Shown: positions 20,383 through 29,376 of the stretch, in pieces
Numbering within the stretch: position 1 is the first letter of the stretch
How the letters are laid out: each line of letters starts with the position of its first letter
Notes under the pieces: model-generated
The model's input: only the letters and a program-made list of their open reading frames with translations
The model's database searches: none
Told to the model about the DNA's origin: nothing
Assembly (NCBI GenBank): GCA_963665235.2
Contig: CAXXLX010000001.1
Span: forward strand, 3,520,001-3,584,000
Length of the DNA: 64,000 nucleotides
Reading direction: 5' to 3'
DNA from: Candidatus Poribacteria bacterium
Lineage (GTDB): Bacteria > Poribacteria > WGA-4E > WGA-3G
Program-made: the position numbers and the translations under genes

Positions 20383-20411
20383 ATTATAACACAAATTAAA
20401 CGGTTTGTCAA
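20383..20411 (-). promoter_or_regulatory. Consensus sigma70 promoter of the tRNA/tadA operon
   Basis: TTGACA-N17-TATAAT on the minus strand. Confidence 0.85.
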
Positions 20412-20563
20412 GCAAATCGACGCAAATATTTAAAAAAATTCGGGACAGACGCAAATTGATAGTGCAAACGTTTGTGGTAAGAGGTTTGGACTTTGTGTTA
20501 CGGAGACCTTCGGAAAATACCCACCTCTATGTTTGCAATTTTCAGGGTGTACGGCCCAAAAAA

Positions 20564-21223
20564 TTAAGTTTCGCTATCCCATTCCAAGGGCTGGTTTTCC
20601 AAATAGGGACGTAGCAGAATTCGGAGCCGACGGTGCGCATGATGTAGATGCGTTTTAACCGTTCCCTCCGAGCGGTCTAAGAGGGAAGCAATCTCTTTAA
20701 TTTGCATCTCACGTCCGTAGCGAAGTCTGAAAACCCGCTGCTGCTTCGGTGGCAACTGCTCGATGGCTTTACAGATAATATGCCCCAGCTCCTTCTGGAC
20801 AATTAGTTCTGAAGGGGATGGTTGCGTATCCGGGATCGGTAACTCATCATCGCCATCCGGGGTTAACTCCTCAAATGCTACCGTTTTATGTTTTTTCTGC
20901 TGGCGTAAAAAATCGATACAGCAATTTACCGCGATACGGTAAAGCCAGCTATAGAAGGCCGACTCACGTTTGAAGTTCGGCAATGCCTTGAAGGCTTTTA
21001 GGAAAACCTCTTGGCAAAGGTCTTTTGTCGTTTCCGCGTCATGTATATGTTTGTAAACGAGATTCGCAATCCGCTTCTGATATTTAAGCATGAGGGTGTT
21101 AAACGCCTGTTTATCGCCATTCTGGAACCGGGTTAACACCTCCTGCTCGTCGATAAACTCAAGTTCATCAGCAGATGGAAAATCTATGAGGTATGTTGTA
21201 TCTGACATGCTAATTTTCTCCAT
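20564..21223 (-). CDS. ECF-type sigma-70 factor
   Basis: DLCQEVFLKA, FYSWLYRIAVN region 2; EIASLL.RSEGTVKTHLH region 4. Confidence 0.92.
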   Translation of the reverse strand: MEKISMSDTTYLIDFPSADELEFIDEQEVLTRFQNGDKQAFNTLMLKYQKRIANLVYKHIHDAETTKDLCQEVFLKAFKALPNFKRESAFYSWLYRIAVNCCIDFLRQQKKHKTVAFEELTPDGDDELPIPDTQPSPSELIVQKELGHIICKAIEQLPPKQQRVFRLRYGREMQIKEIASLLDRSEGTVKTHLHHAHRRLRILLRPYLENQPLEWDSET

Positions 21224-21378
21224 TATGCAGCGCGAACGCCGTTTTAAGTGAAGGGGCTGTCCAAAAAAACTTTAATTTAAATTTATACACCTTTCGGCAG
21301 AAAAAGTTCCATTTTTATATTGTTAGACATGTTTATCCGTTTTTTGTTCATTTTTTTCCCCTTTTCCCCCCTTTCCAC

Positions 21379-21865
21379 GGGTGTGTAAAGTTTTTGTACA
21401 AGTAGGACTTACGCATTCCCCTCCGCTCCTCTACTAGCGGGATATCGGTATTAGTCCCATAGGGACGATATATTTATAGAAACTGCTGCTTCTTTACGCC
21501 CGAATGCCCGTAAATATTTTGTACTTATGTGTCAATAATGCAGAAAACACGCTAAACCTCCAATCACAAAACTTCGATTGTTACGCAGATTAAAATCCGC
21601 GTAATCCGATAAATCCGCGATAATCCGAGATTCTGACAAAAAACGCAATACCCATAATCACAAAACTTTGATTGTTACACATGGGACAATCCGCGAAATC
21701 TGTGTAATCCCCGATAATTTGTGATTTGCGGCGTACTCGCCCAAATGCGCCGTGCCTTCAGACAACATACACGCTAAATCCCCTCTTCCATTCTTCTTCT
21801 CTTCCACCCTTCCAATCTTCCATCCTTCCACCTATCCCTTGGTCCTCCAAAAACTTTACGCCCCC
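21379..21865. mobile_element. MITE family 4 (IS256-like ends), composite interior
   Basis: TIRs GGGTGTGTAAAGTTTTT / AAAAACTTTACGCCCCC; flanked by direct repeat CCTTTCCAC; related copy at 52750-53081. Confidence 0.65.
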
Positions 21866-21879
21866 CCTTTCCACGCGAT

Positions 21880-21908
21880 TTGCGAAAATCCGGTATTTCT
21901 GATAAAAT
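21880..21908 (+). promoter_or_regulatory. Putative native promoter upstream of murJ
   Basis: TTGCGA-N17-TAAAAT. Confidence 0.45.
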
Positions 21909-21970
21909 AGACAGTAGGTCAAAAGTCAGGCGGCATTATTTTCATCGTTTTTTCAACCGTTCTCTTCTAA

Positions 21971-22182
21971 TACCATTTCTAATTGGAAATGTCTCTTTAT
22001 TGTAGCATAAACTTCCAGTTTGTGCACTTTCTTGTAGCATAAACTTCCAGTTTGGGCACTTTATTGTAGCATAAACTTCCAGTTTGGGCACTTTATTGTA
22101 GCATAAACTTCCAGTTTGTGTCTTCCGTTCTCCGTTTGATTTCTAACAACCGGTAATGATAGAATAATTAATAAAAATGGTA
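21971..22182. mobile_element. MITE family 1 (inverted orientation), 4 units
   Basis: Same ends as 18700-19135 in reverse complement; TAA duplication at 21968-21970 and 22183-22185. Confidence 0.88.
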
Positions 22183-22270
22183 TAATATAGAGAGCGGGCT
22201 GTGTTCGCGCCTGGCGGTTCAAATTAGGTAAAATTAGATGGAAGAAAACGGAACGAACTCCACAAACGAA

Positions 22271-22478
22271 GTCAATAACCCCCCGCTAAAGCATGGGGGC
22301 TTGTGCGAACCGCCTGCCAAGCGGTCACTCCACAAGTTAAACCGTTGACTACAGTAATATATCGGGTATTCTTAGCGTGGCAGCTAACAAGATGTTTCAG
22401 ATGCTCCCCAAGTCTGAATCCCCTCTGAATACCTGATCTGGATGGGGAAACATATACCCGAAAGGAGAAAACAAACTT
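22271..22478 (+). ncRNA. omegaRNA scaffold of IsrB
   Basis: ~210-nt structured region between the left end and isrB; GTCAA pairs with TTGAC near 22345; ATGCTCCCCAAGTC and GATGGGGAA segments are typical of omegaRNAs. Confidence 0.75.
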
Positions 22479-23531
22479 ATGTTTGTGCCAGTCAAAACGA
22501 AAGAGGGTGAACGATTGATGCCGATGCATGCTGCACGTGCAAGGAAACTTGTCAAACGCGGTGAAGCAACGCCTTATTGGAACAACGGTGTCTATTGTGT
22601 CCGTCTCAACAAAGAACCGAGTGACCGTGAGAAACAAGACATCGTAGTCGGTGTGGATCCTGGCTCTAAGAAAGAGGGTTTCACCGTAAAATCTAAGCGT
22701 CACACGTATCTGAACGTGCAAGCCGATGCACATAGCAAAGTCGGCAAGAAGGTTGAGAAAAGACGTGAGTTGAGGCGTAGCCGCAGAGCGCGTAAATGTC
22801 CAAATCGGAAGAACCGCAAGAATAAAGGTGCTAACAAAAAGAAGATTCCCGCAGGCACGCGTGCCCGTTGGGATTGGAAACTGCGGATATTAGATTGGTT
22901 GTCTAACCTCTATCCTGTTACACACGTCTGTGTTGAGGATATTAAGGCGCGGACAAAACAGTATCAAAAGCGGTGGAATCAGGCCTTTAGTCCTTTGGAA
23001 GTGGGAAAGCATTGGTTCTATTCAGAGGTAGAAAAGCGATGGGAACTCCTAACATTACAAGGGTTTGAAACCAAAGAGATACGCGAGCGGCTTGGTCTCA
23101 ACAAGTCGTCAAAGAAGTTAGCTGAAACCTTTGAGGCACATTGCGTTGATAGCTGGTGCTTGGCCTATCACACCATTGGCGGTTTAGAGATACCCGACAA
23201 TACCGATATATTCTGTATCTCACCAATACCGATACGCAGGCGACAACTCCACAGACAAAATCCGCAGAAAGGTGGCAATCGGCCGCGATATGGTGGCACC
23301 TTATTAGGCGATGGACTTGTTAAAAGCACATTGATAAAGCACGACAAATATGGACTCACACGTCCGAGGTCCCACCGAGGACATCCTATTGCGGGTGTTA
23401 ATGCGAAAGGCCTATTCTCTGTCTATTCAAAAGATGGACAACGGTTAACAACGGGTGCGAAACGCACAGATTTTCAAGTGCTAACACGCTTGAACTTTCA
23501 ATATAGGAGCGGTGTTTCCTCCCCCGCATAA
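22479..23531 (+). CDS. isrB: IsrB RNA-guided nickase (RRXRR/PLMP + split RuvC, no HNH)
   Basis: 350 aa; RLMP; RuvC-I VGVDPGSK; Arg-rich bridge helix RRELRRSRR; RuvC-II VEDI; RuvC-III AHCVDS; no HNH insert. Confidence 0.88.
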   Translation: MFVPVKTKEGERLMPMHAARARKLVKRGEATPYWNNGVYCVRLNKEPSDREKQDIVVGVDPGSKKEGFTVKSKRHTYLNVQADAHSKVGKKVEKRRELRRSRRARKCPNRKNRKNKGANKKKIPAGTRARWDWKLRILDWLSNLYPVTHVCVEDIKARTKQYQKRWNQAFSPLEVGKHWFYSEVEKRWELLTLQGFETKEIRERLGLNKSSKKLAETFEAHCVDSWCLAYHTIGGLEIPDNTDIFCISPIPIRRRQLHRQNPQKGGNRPRYGGTLLGDGLVKSTLIKHDKYGLTRPRSHRGHPIAGVNAKGLFSVYSKDGQRLTTGAKRTDFQVLTRLNFQYRSGVSSPA

Positions 23532-25175
23532 ATGCTGGGGGTCTCCACACCGAATATTTTGATGAATCAAAGTGTGACCCGGGCAGCTGGGGTTGTAAGT
23601 CTTGCAGTGATGGGGTCACGGGTGTTAGGGCTTGCCCGAGAGGTCGCCATCCTGTATTATTTTCAGACGAAGTTCGGGGCAGCCGCCTACCATCTCGCGT
23701 TTCGCATCCCGAATTTCCTGCGCGACCTGTTCGGTGAGGGTATCTTGAGCAAGGCGTTTATTACGACATTCCTTGCGGCGGAAGCAGAAGAGGGGGAGGC
23801 GGCGGCATGGAATCTTGCAAACCGCATCTTTAATCTGATAGCCCTTATCCTAGTAGGTGTGGTGGGGCTCGGTATCGTTTTCGCACCCGCTATCGTTGAT
23901 GTCCTGGCCCGTGAGGATTTCGACGAGCAATTAAATAACGTTGAACATTACGGATTTGACAGTAAAGTTGAATTGACAATCTATTTGACGCAACTGATGT
24001 TTCCGTACCTATTCCTCGTTTCGCTTGCAGCGATAGCGATGGGATTATTGAACAGTAAAGGTAAATTCGGTATCCCCGCGTGTGCTTCCTCCTTCTTTAA
24101 TCTGTGCTCGCTTGTCGTTGGTATCAGCGGTTATTACGTCTGTCGATGGCTCGGAATTCATCCGACAACAGGAATGGCAGTAGGGGTCATTGTGGGAGGT
24201 ATTGCTCAATTTGGAATTCAGGTGCCCTCCATGTACCGAGTCGGTTTTCGGTATCGTCCACTCTTGAGCCTACGGCATCCGAGGGTACGCCAAATGCTGC
24301 AATTGCTTGGGCCTTCGGTGTTAGGTGTGGCAGCGGTGCAGGTGAATCAACTGACAAATACGTGGTTTATTACCTCAGGCGATGAATGGTTACCGTGGAT
24401 TAACAGTGCCTATCGTATAATGCACCTGCCGTTGGGTATATTTGGCGTGGCGATTTCGACGGTGGCACTGCCGCAACTTGTGAAATTCGCTACTGTGGGT
24501 GATACGGACAACTTTCGCGCCGCTTTCTCTTACGCCCTCCGTTTAATGTTAACTGTAATCCTTCCCGCATCAATTGGATTGATGGTATTGGCAGAACCGA
24601 TTTGTCGGTTGCTTTATGAGCACGGGGCATTCACGGAGGGGGATACAATTGCAGCCGCTGGTGCTCTGTTCGTTTACGCCTTCGGGTTGTGCGGTTTCGC
24701 GGCTCTCAAGCTTGTGACGGATGGATTTTATGCATATAAAGATATCCGTGCGCCAGTTATCGTCAGCATTTGTGCGGTAGTCCTCAACATCGGTTTGAAC
24801 TATCTGTTTATCTATCGCGGGCTCCTGTTCGAACATTGGGCAATTGTGCTTTCAACTGTTTTTACCGTGACGCTGAACTTTTTAGTTTTGCTCCTGCTGC
24901 TCCGACGTAAGGTTGGACGGTTGAATTTGCGACCGCTCCTTCCGATGGCATTCAAGGTTTTGATGGCTTCGATTGTGATGGGATTTATCTGCTGGATAAC
25001 AAATGGAGTCGTTGAAAAGGATTGGCTCGGCACAGAAGGTATTCTACCACGCGCCCTAGGTGTATTCACCCCCATCGGATTCGGTCTGCTGACATTGGCG
25101 GGGATGTATAAGTTCTTGAGAATCACTGAGTTTGACGATATTTTGGAAATGTTTAAGCGGCGATTTCGGAATTGA
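23532..25175 (+). CDS. murJ: Lipid II flippase MurJ (N-terminus altered by IS insertion; in-frame ATGs at 23532 and 23562)
   Basis: SRVLGLARE, AFRIPNFLRDLFGEG and LPLGIFGVAISTVALP motifs; many TM helices. Confidence 0.95.
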   Translation: MLGVSTPNILMNQSVTRAAGVVSLAVMGSRVLGLAREVAILYYFQTKFGAAAYHLAFRIPNFLRDLFGEGILSKAFITTFLAAEAEEGEAAAWNLANRIFNLIALILVGVVGLGIVFAPAIVDVLAREDFDEQLNNVEHYGFDSKVELTIYLTQLMFPYLFLVSLAAIAMGLLNSKGKFGIPACASSFFNLCSLVVGISGYYVCRWLGIHPTTGMAVGVIVGGIAQFGIQVPSMYRVGFRYRPLLSLRHPRVRQMLQLLGPSVLGVAAVQVNQLTNTWFITSGDEWLPWINSAYRIMHLPLGIFGVAISTVALPQLVKFATVGDTDNFRAAFSYALRLMLTVILPASIGLMVLAEPICRLLYEHGAFTEGDTIAAAGALFVYAFGLCGFAALKLVTDGFYAYKDIRAPVIVSICAVVLNIGLNYLFIYRGLLFEHWAIVLSTVFTVTLNFLVLLLLLRRKVGRLNLRPLLPMAFKVLMASIVMGFICWITNGVVEKDWLGTEGILPRALGVFTPIGFGLLTLAGMYKFLRITEFDDILEMFKRRFRN

Positions 25176-25605
25176 TGACCTGTTAGAGACAAGTACTAAA
25201 CTTTGGACAATTTTAGGGAGACACAATGTTCTTGTCAAACGGATAGGTGGAAGGGTGGAAGAATGGAAGGGTGGAAGCGGGGAAGCGGGTTTTGACGCGC
25301 GGCAGAGATAGGCTTAGCCTCACAATCCTCTTGCTAACTGCTAATGGTTTCCAACATTCTATAAACATTCCGCCCCGCTGGGGCTAGTTTGTGTTTTGTT
25401 TGTGTTTTCTATAAACATTCCGCCCCGCTGGGGAAACCGCACTTTGAAAAACCCATCGGCGGAAACCATTTTTCTCTTCTTTGTCCTTGTGTGAGGCACT
25501 TAGAGAAAAATCAGAGAGGCTTTGAAAGCGGGTATCCGGCTCACGGATATTGTCCAAACTATAGAAGACAAGTACAGCAGGCAGGTTTTAAAAAGAGAGG
25601 AAAAT

Positions 25606-26385
25606 ATGCTAACCAAACGGGTAATTCCATGTTTAGACGTACGGGCGGGAAAAGTCACCAAAGGCATCGCTTTCAAAGGCAATGTTGATGTGGGTGACCC
25701 TGTCGAAATGGCACGGTTTTATTATGAAAGCGGTGCCGATGAACTTGTCTTTTACGACATCACCGCAAGCAACGAACGGAGAGATATTATGATTGATGTT
25801 GTCTCCGCTGTCGCTGCTGAAATTTTTATTCCGTTTTCTGTCGGCGGCGGGTTGCGGACGCTTGAGGATATGCGCCGCGTGCTACTTGCTGGCGCGGAGA
25901 AGGTGAGCATAGACTCCGGGGCAGTACGAAATCCTGATATTATTGCAGAAGGGGCACACGCCTTCGGTAGTCAATGTGTTGTCCTGAGCATGCAGGTCAA
26001 ACGCGTACCGAAAAGTGAACAGATTCCAAGCGGTTATGAAATCTATATCGACGGGGGACGGACACCGGTCGGTTGGGATGCACTGGCATGGTCCAAACGC
26101 GGCGTTGATTTAGGAGCAGGCGAGATTGTCGTCAATAGCATTGATGCTGATGGCACTAAAGCAGGGTATGAGTTGGCACTGACAGGCGCAATCGCTGAAT
26201 TGGTCTCGGTGCCAGTAATTGCCTCCGGGGGTGCAGGACATCCTCAACACCTATGCGATGTTTTTGTCCAAAGCAACGCGGATGCAGCGATTGTCGCCTC
26301 TATTACACACTACGGCGAATTTACGATTGAAAATATCAAAACCTATCTCGTGGATGAAGGTGTGAGTGTGCGCGATACCTGGTAG
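25606..26385 (+). CDS. hisF: Imidazole glycerol phosphate synthase cyclase subunit
   Basis: [31 protein letters not shown] and VIASGGAG motifs; GAGG RBS before ATG 25606. Confidence 0.96.
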   Translation: MLTKRVIPCLDVRAGKVTKGIAFKGNVDVGDPVEMARFYYESGADELVFYDITASNERRDIMIDVVSAVAAEIFIPFSVGGGLRTLEDMRRVLLAGAEKVSIDSGAVRNPDIIAEGAHAFGSQCVVLSMQVKRVPKSEQIPSGYEIYIDGGRTPVGWDALAWSKRGVDLGAGEIVVNSIDADGTKAGYELALTGAIAELVSVPVIASGGAGHPQHLCDVFVQSNADAAIVASITHYGEFTIENIKTYLVDEGVSVRDTW

Positions 26386-26410
26386 GGGCAGTAGACACGT
26401 AAGTATCAAA

Positions 26411-26962
26411 TCATTGAAGGGATGATAACACCTTACCCCTGAGTGTTTCTACTTCTTCAGTAAGTGCGCTAATCATCTCATTTTGTTTGTGTATAAGTGC
26501 CGCAATCTGTTTCTCTGACGCGCTATCCTTCACTCTGAGTGTTTCTACTTCTTCGGTGAGTGCGCTAATTATCTCATTTTGTTTGTGTATAAGTGTCGCA
26601 ATCTGTTTCTCTGACGCGCTATTCTTCCTACTACGCCATGCCAGGATAATCTGTGGTATACCTACGGCTAAGACTATGAGAGCTATCAGAGCGAATACAA
26701 AGTTCGCGACCATTACGATTTGTTTTTCGACACCTGCGATCTGTTTTTCGACACCGGTTAAACGTCCATCTAATCGCGCAAAACCCGTTTTTAAAGACAC
26801 AATATCGGCTTTTATAGGTGTGAGTTCCTTGTCAATTATTTTTTCGACTTCCTCTTTGACAACCGTGCGAATTTCTTTGAGGTCTTGAGGTGTCAACTGT
26901 GCGAGAGATGGCAGTGTAAACATACACAAACAGACCGATAAACAGAAAATAGATTTCAACAT
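26411..26962 (-). CDS. Hypothetical exported coiled-coil membrane protein with duplicated 32-aa C-terminal segment
   Basis: Signal peptide, coiled coil, one TM helix, SASEKQIA.LIHKQNE.ISALTEEVETLR x2. Confidence 0.7.
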   Translation of the reverse strand: MLKSIFCLSVCLCMFTLPSLAQLTPQDLKEIRTVVKEEVEKIIDKELTPIKADIVSLKTGFARLDGRLTGVEKQIAGVEKQIVMVANFVFALIALIVLAVGIPQIILAWRSRKNSASEKQIATLIHKQNEIISALTEEVETLRVKDSASEKQIAALIHKQNEMISALTEEVETLRGKVLSSLQ

Positions 26963-27207
26963 GGTTTACTCCTTTCAGGAAACCCGTTATTTTTTTCTAA
27001 AGCAATTATACAGAATTTTTCTGATTAATGCAACATCAATTTTTTCCAAATTAATTTTTGATATTTCGCAGAACTCTTTTTTCATTGACTATTTTTTCGC
27101 AGCAGGTTATCATGTTTTCATATATTTTTGAGCCAGCATGGGTGGGATATATCACTATCCTGCTCGTGCAACTATTTATGTGAAACGTACACAAAAGCGG
27201 GAACTAA

Positions 27208-28602
27208 TACCATTTTTATTAATTATTCTATCCTTACTAAAGTTTTATTCTAGATTTCAGGCAGCCTTGTCAAAAGGCAGGGCGTTATCTTGCGTTTCCT
27301 CGGGCAGAATATTCTGCGAGTTTGTTTTATCTTCGGAACTCGCAGAAAATCGGCGGCACAAAATCTGTGCTTGAAGATAAGCGACCCGCAGTCCTTGTGT
27401 GACTTAGGTTTATACCAATGAATGCCTAGTTTTTCACAGACCTGCTCAACACTGATAAGTTTTTGTGTCGTTTCCGGAATAGAAAAGATTAGCTTTGTTA
27501 GAGATGCAACGAAACTCAGTTGTAGGAAGCGATTGATGCTTTTTCGGGACTTGACCTGATTGAAACCGAAGTGTTGCTTTGCGTCGCGAAAGGCGGCATC
27601 TGGTATTGTGTGGTATGTCAAGCGTCAAATCACGGTAAGGTTTTGACTGTCTGTTTCTCGGATGACAACTATTTATTTTTGTTGCTATCTGTGATGCCAC
27701 TTGATACACAAATGGAGACGAAAAGCGGCGGATGTTTAACGGACGGCCGGGGCCTCGACGTTTCGGGACCATTTTCGCCCGACACAAGATATTGTTTGAA
27801 TGCCAAAACCGTCTCAAACATCGACGGGCGAACCCTCTATCAAAGATGATTAGCCCCGCAGGTATCTTGGAGACGATAAATCAAGACGGACTGTCTTCGG
27901 CACAACAAGCCTGACCCACACAGGAAAAGCCATTGCCAAACGCAGCAAACTATGAAGTTGATATGCTACTAAAAAAATGCACATAACGGTTTTCAAAGCA
28001 GACGTGTGGTCATAAACATAAACCCAATCCAGAAATAGTTTATTGCTCAATTTTGCCGCAAAGCGTCAATGCACAAACCGGGACAGTTTACTTCGTTCCG
28101 AAGACACTTGATTGATAAAAAACCCTGGGTATGGCAGCAATAAACCCAAACATCGCTTGGAAAAGCGAAGTTTTGTTGGTTTAAACAACTAAAATGTGAT
28201 AGAATATAAGCAAAAAAGAAGGTTCTCCAAGAAAATTTAATTTATTTTAAAATGAGAGACATTGTCCATCTTAATTCTTAAAATTGTTCAACTTTAGAAA
28301 TGGAGAATAACATGACAATGCTACTACAAAAACCAAACCTGGAAGTTTATGCTACTACAAAAATGCACAAACTGGAGTTTATGCTACTACAAAAATGCAC
28401 AAACTGGAAGTTTATGCTACTACAAAAATCGCTACTACAAAAATGCACAAACTGGAGTTTATGCTACTACAAAAATGCACAAACTGGAAGTTTATGCTAC
28501 TACAAAAATGCACAAACTGGAAGGTTCTGGAAGTTTATGCTACTACAAAAATGCACAAACTGGAAGTTTATGCTACAAGAAAGAGTTCAATTAGAAATGG
28601 TA
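27208..28602 (-). mobile_element. Decayed IS701-like DDE element, likely parent of MITE family 1, with ~7 hairpin units
   Basis: Same ends TACCATTTTTATTAATTATTCTATC / CAATTAGAAATGGTA; TAA duplication; internal transposase fragments. Confidence 0.75.
27250..28230 (-). pseudogene. Frameshifted DDE transposase (IS701/IS4-like)
   Basis: Fragments WVYVYD..ALKT, FPVWVRL, IIFDRGF, HNILCRAK-like, GPGRP and AFRDAKQHFGF..RFLQLSF lie in different frames. Confidence 0.7.
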
Positions 28603-28698
28603 TAACATGACAAACCAACCCCTGTCTATCTCCTTGCCGATCAGGTTCGTGCCTGTTCTCTGCCTGGGGAGGAACAGATTGAAAGGGGAGAAAAAATT

Positions 28699-29376
28699 AT
28701 GACTCAAAATAGCCAATTTACCGATGAACTCAGAAAATACGCTGCGCCTATCTGGGAGGCAGACCTCAAGCACCCGTTCGTTCGCGGAATTGCTGATGGA
28801 AGTCTACCCATCGAGAAGTTTAAGTTTTACCTGATTCAGGATTATCTGTTCCTGTTGGATTATAGCCGTGTCTTTGCGTACGGTGTTATCAAAGCTGCTG
28901 ATGAAGCGACGATGGCGATGTTTTCGCAATTGCTCAACGAAACGTTGAATACCGAGATGGATTTGCATCGGGGGTATTGTGAGAAATTTGGTATTTCCGC
29001 TGCGGAAATGGAAGCCGCACTGATGACACCTACAACCCACGCCTACACACGTCACCTGCTCCATGTCGCGCAAATTGGGACGCTGGCAGACCTTATCGCA
29101 GGCGTACTACCGTGTCAGTGGGGTTACGCCGAAATCGGCACGACACTTGCGGAACAGGGGGGCTCACCTGAACCGCTTTATCAGGAGTGGATAGATATGT
29201 ACGCCTCGCCTGAATTTCTGGCTTTAGGGGAGTGGTTGCGTTCCCAGCTAAACAACTTAACTGCTGAGAGCAGTACTGCCGAAAAACAGCGCATCCAGCA
29301 GCATTTCCTTCTCAGCAGTCGTTATGAATATCTCTTTTGGGAGATGGCGTGGACGGAACAAGAATGGCAAATTTAA
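28699..29376 (+). CDS. tenA: Thiaminase II
   Basis: HPFV..IADGSL, FYLIQDY.FL, LPCQWGY, WIDMY and EYLFWEMA motifs. Confidence 0.95.
   Translation: MTQNSQFTDELRKYAAPIWEADLKHPFVRGIADGSLPIEKFKFYLIQDYLFLLDYSRVFAYGVIKAADEATMAMFSQLLNETLNTEMDLHRGYCEKFGISAAEMEAALMTPTTHAYTRHLLHVAQIGTLADLIAGVLPCQWGYAEIGTTLAEQGGSPEPLYQEWIDMYASPEFLALGEWLRSQLNNLTAESSTAEKQRIQQHFLLSSRYEYLFWEMAWTEQEWQI

Larger units (their letters stand above)
22271..23561 (+). mobile_element. Non-autonomous IS200/IS605-family IsrB (OMEGA) element
   Basis: Left end GTCAATAACCCCCCGCTAAAGCATGGGGGCTT and right end CCCCCGCATAAATGCTGGGGG..ATATTTTG hairpins; followed by ATGA; no TnpA. Confidence 0.85.

Noticed and set aside
22479-23531. Cas9, IscB or TnpB assignment
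   Set aside because: No HNH domain or TnpB zinc finger; the RNA scaffold is upstream and the size of 350 aa fits IsrB
22271-23561. IStron (group I intron-IS) explaining tolerance in murJ
   Set aside because: No room for or motifs of a group I intron core; the non-coding part is only ~210 nt
28606-28698. Possible TPP riboswitch upstream of tenA (GATCAGGTTCGTGCCTG)
   Set aside because: Only a partial resemblance to the 3' half; no CTGAGA motif on either side of the IS
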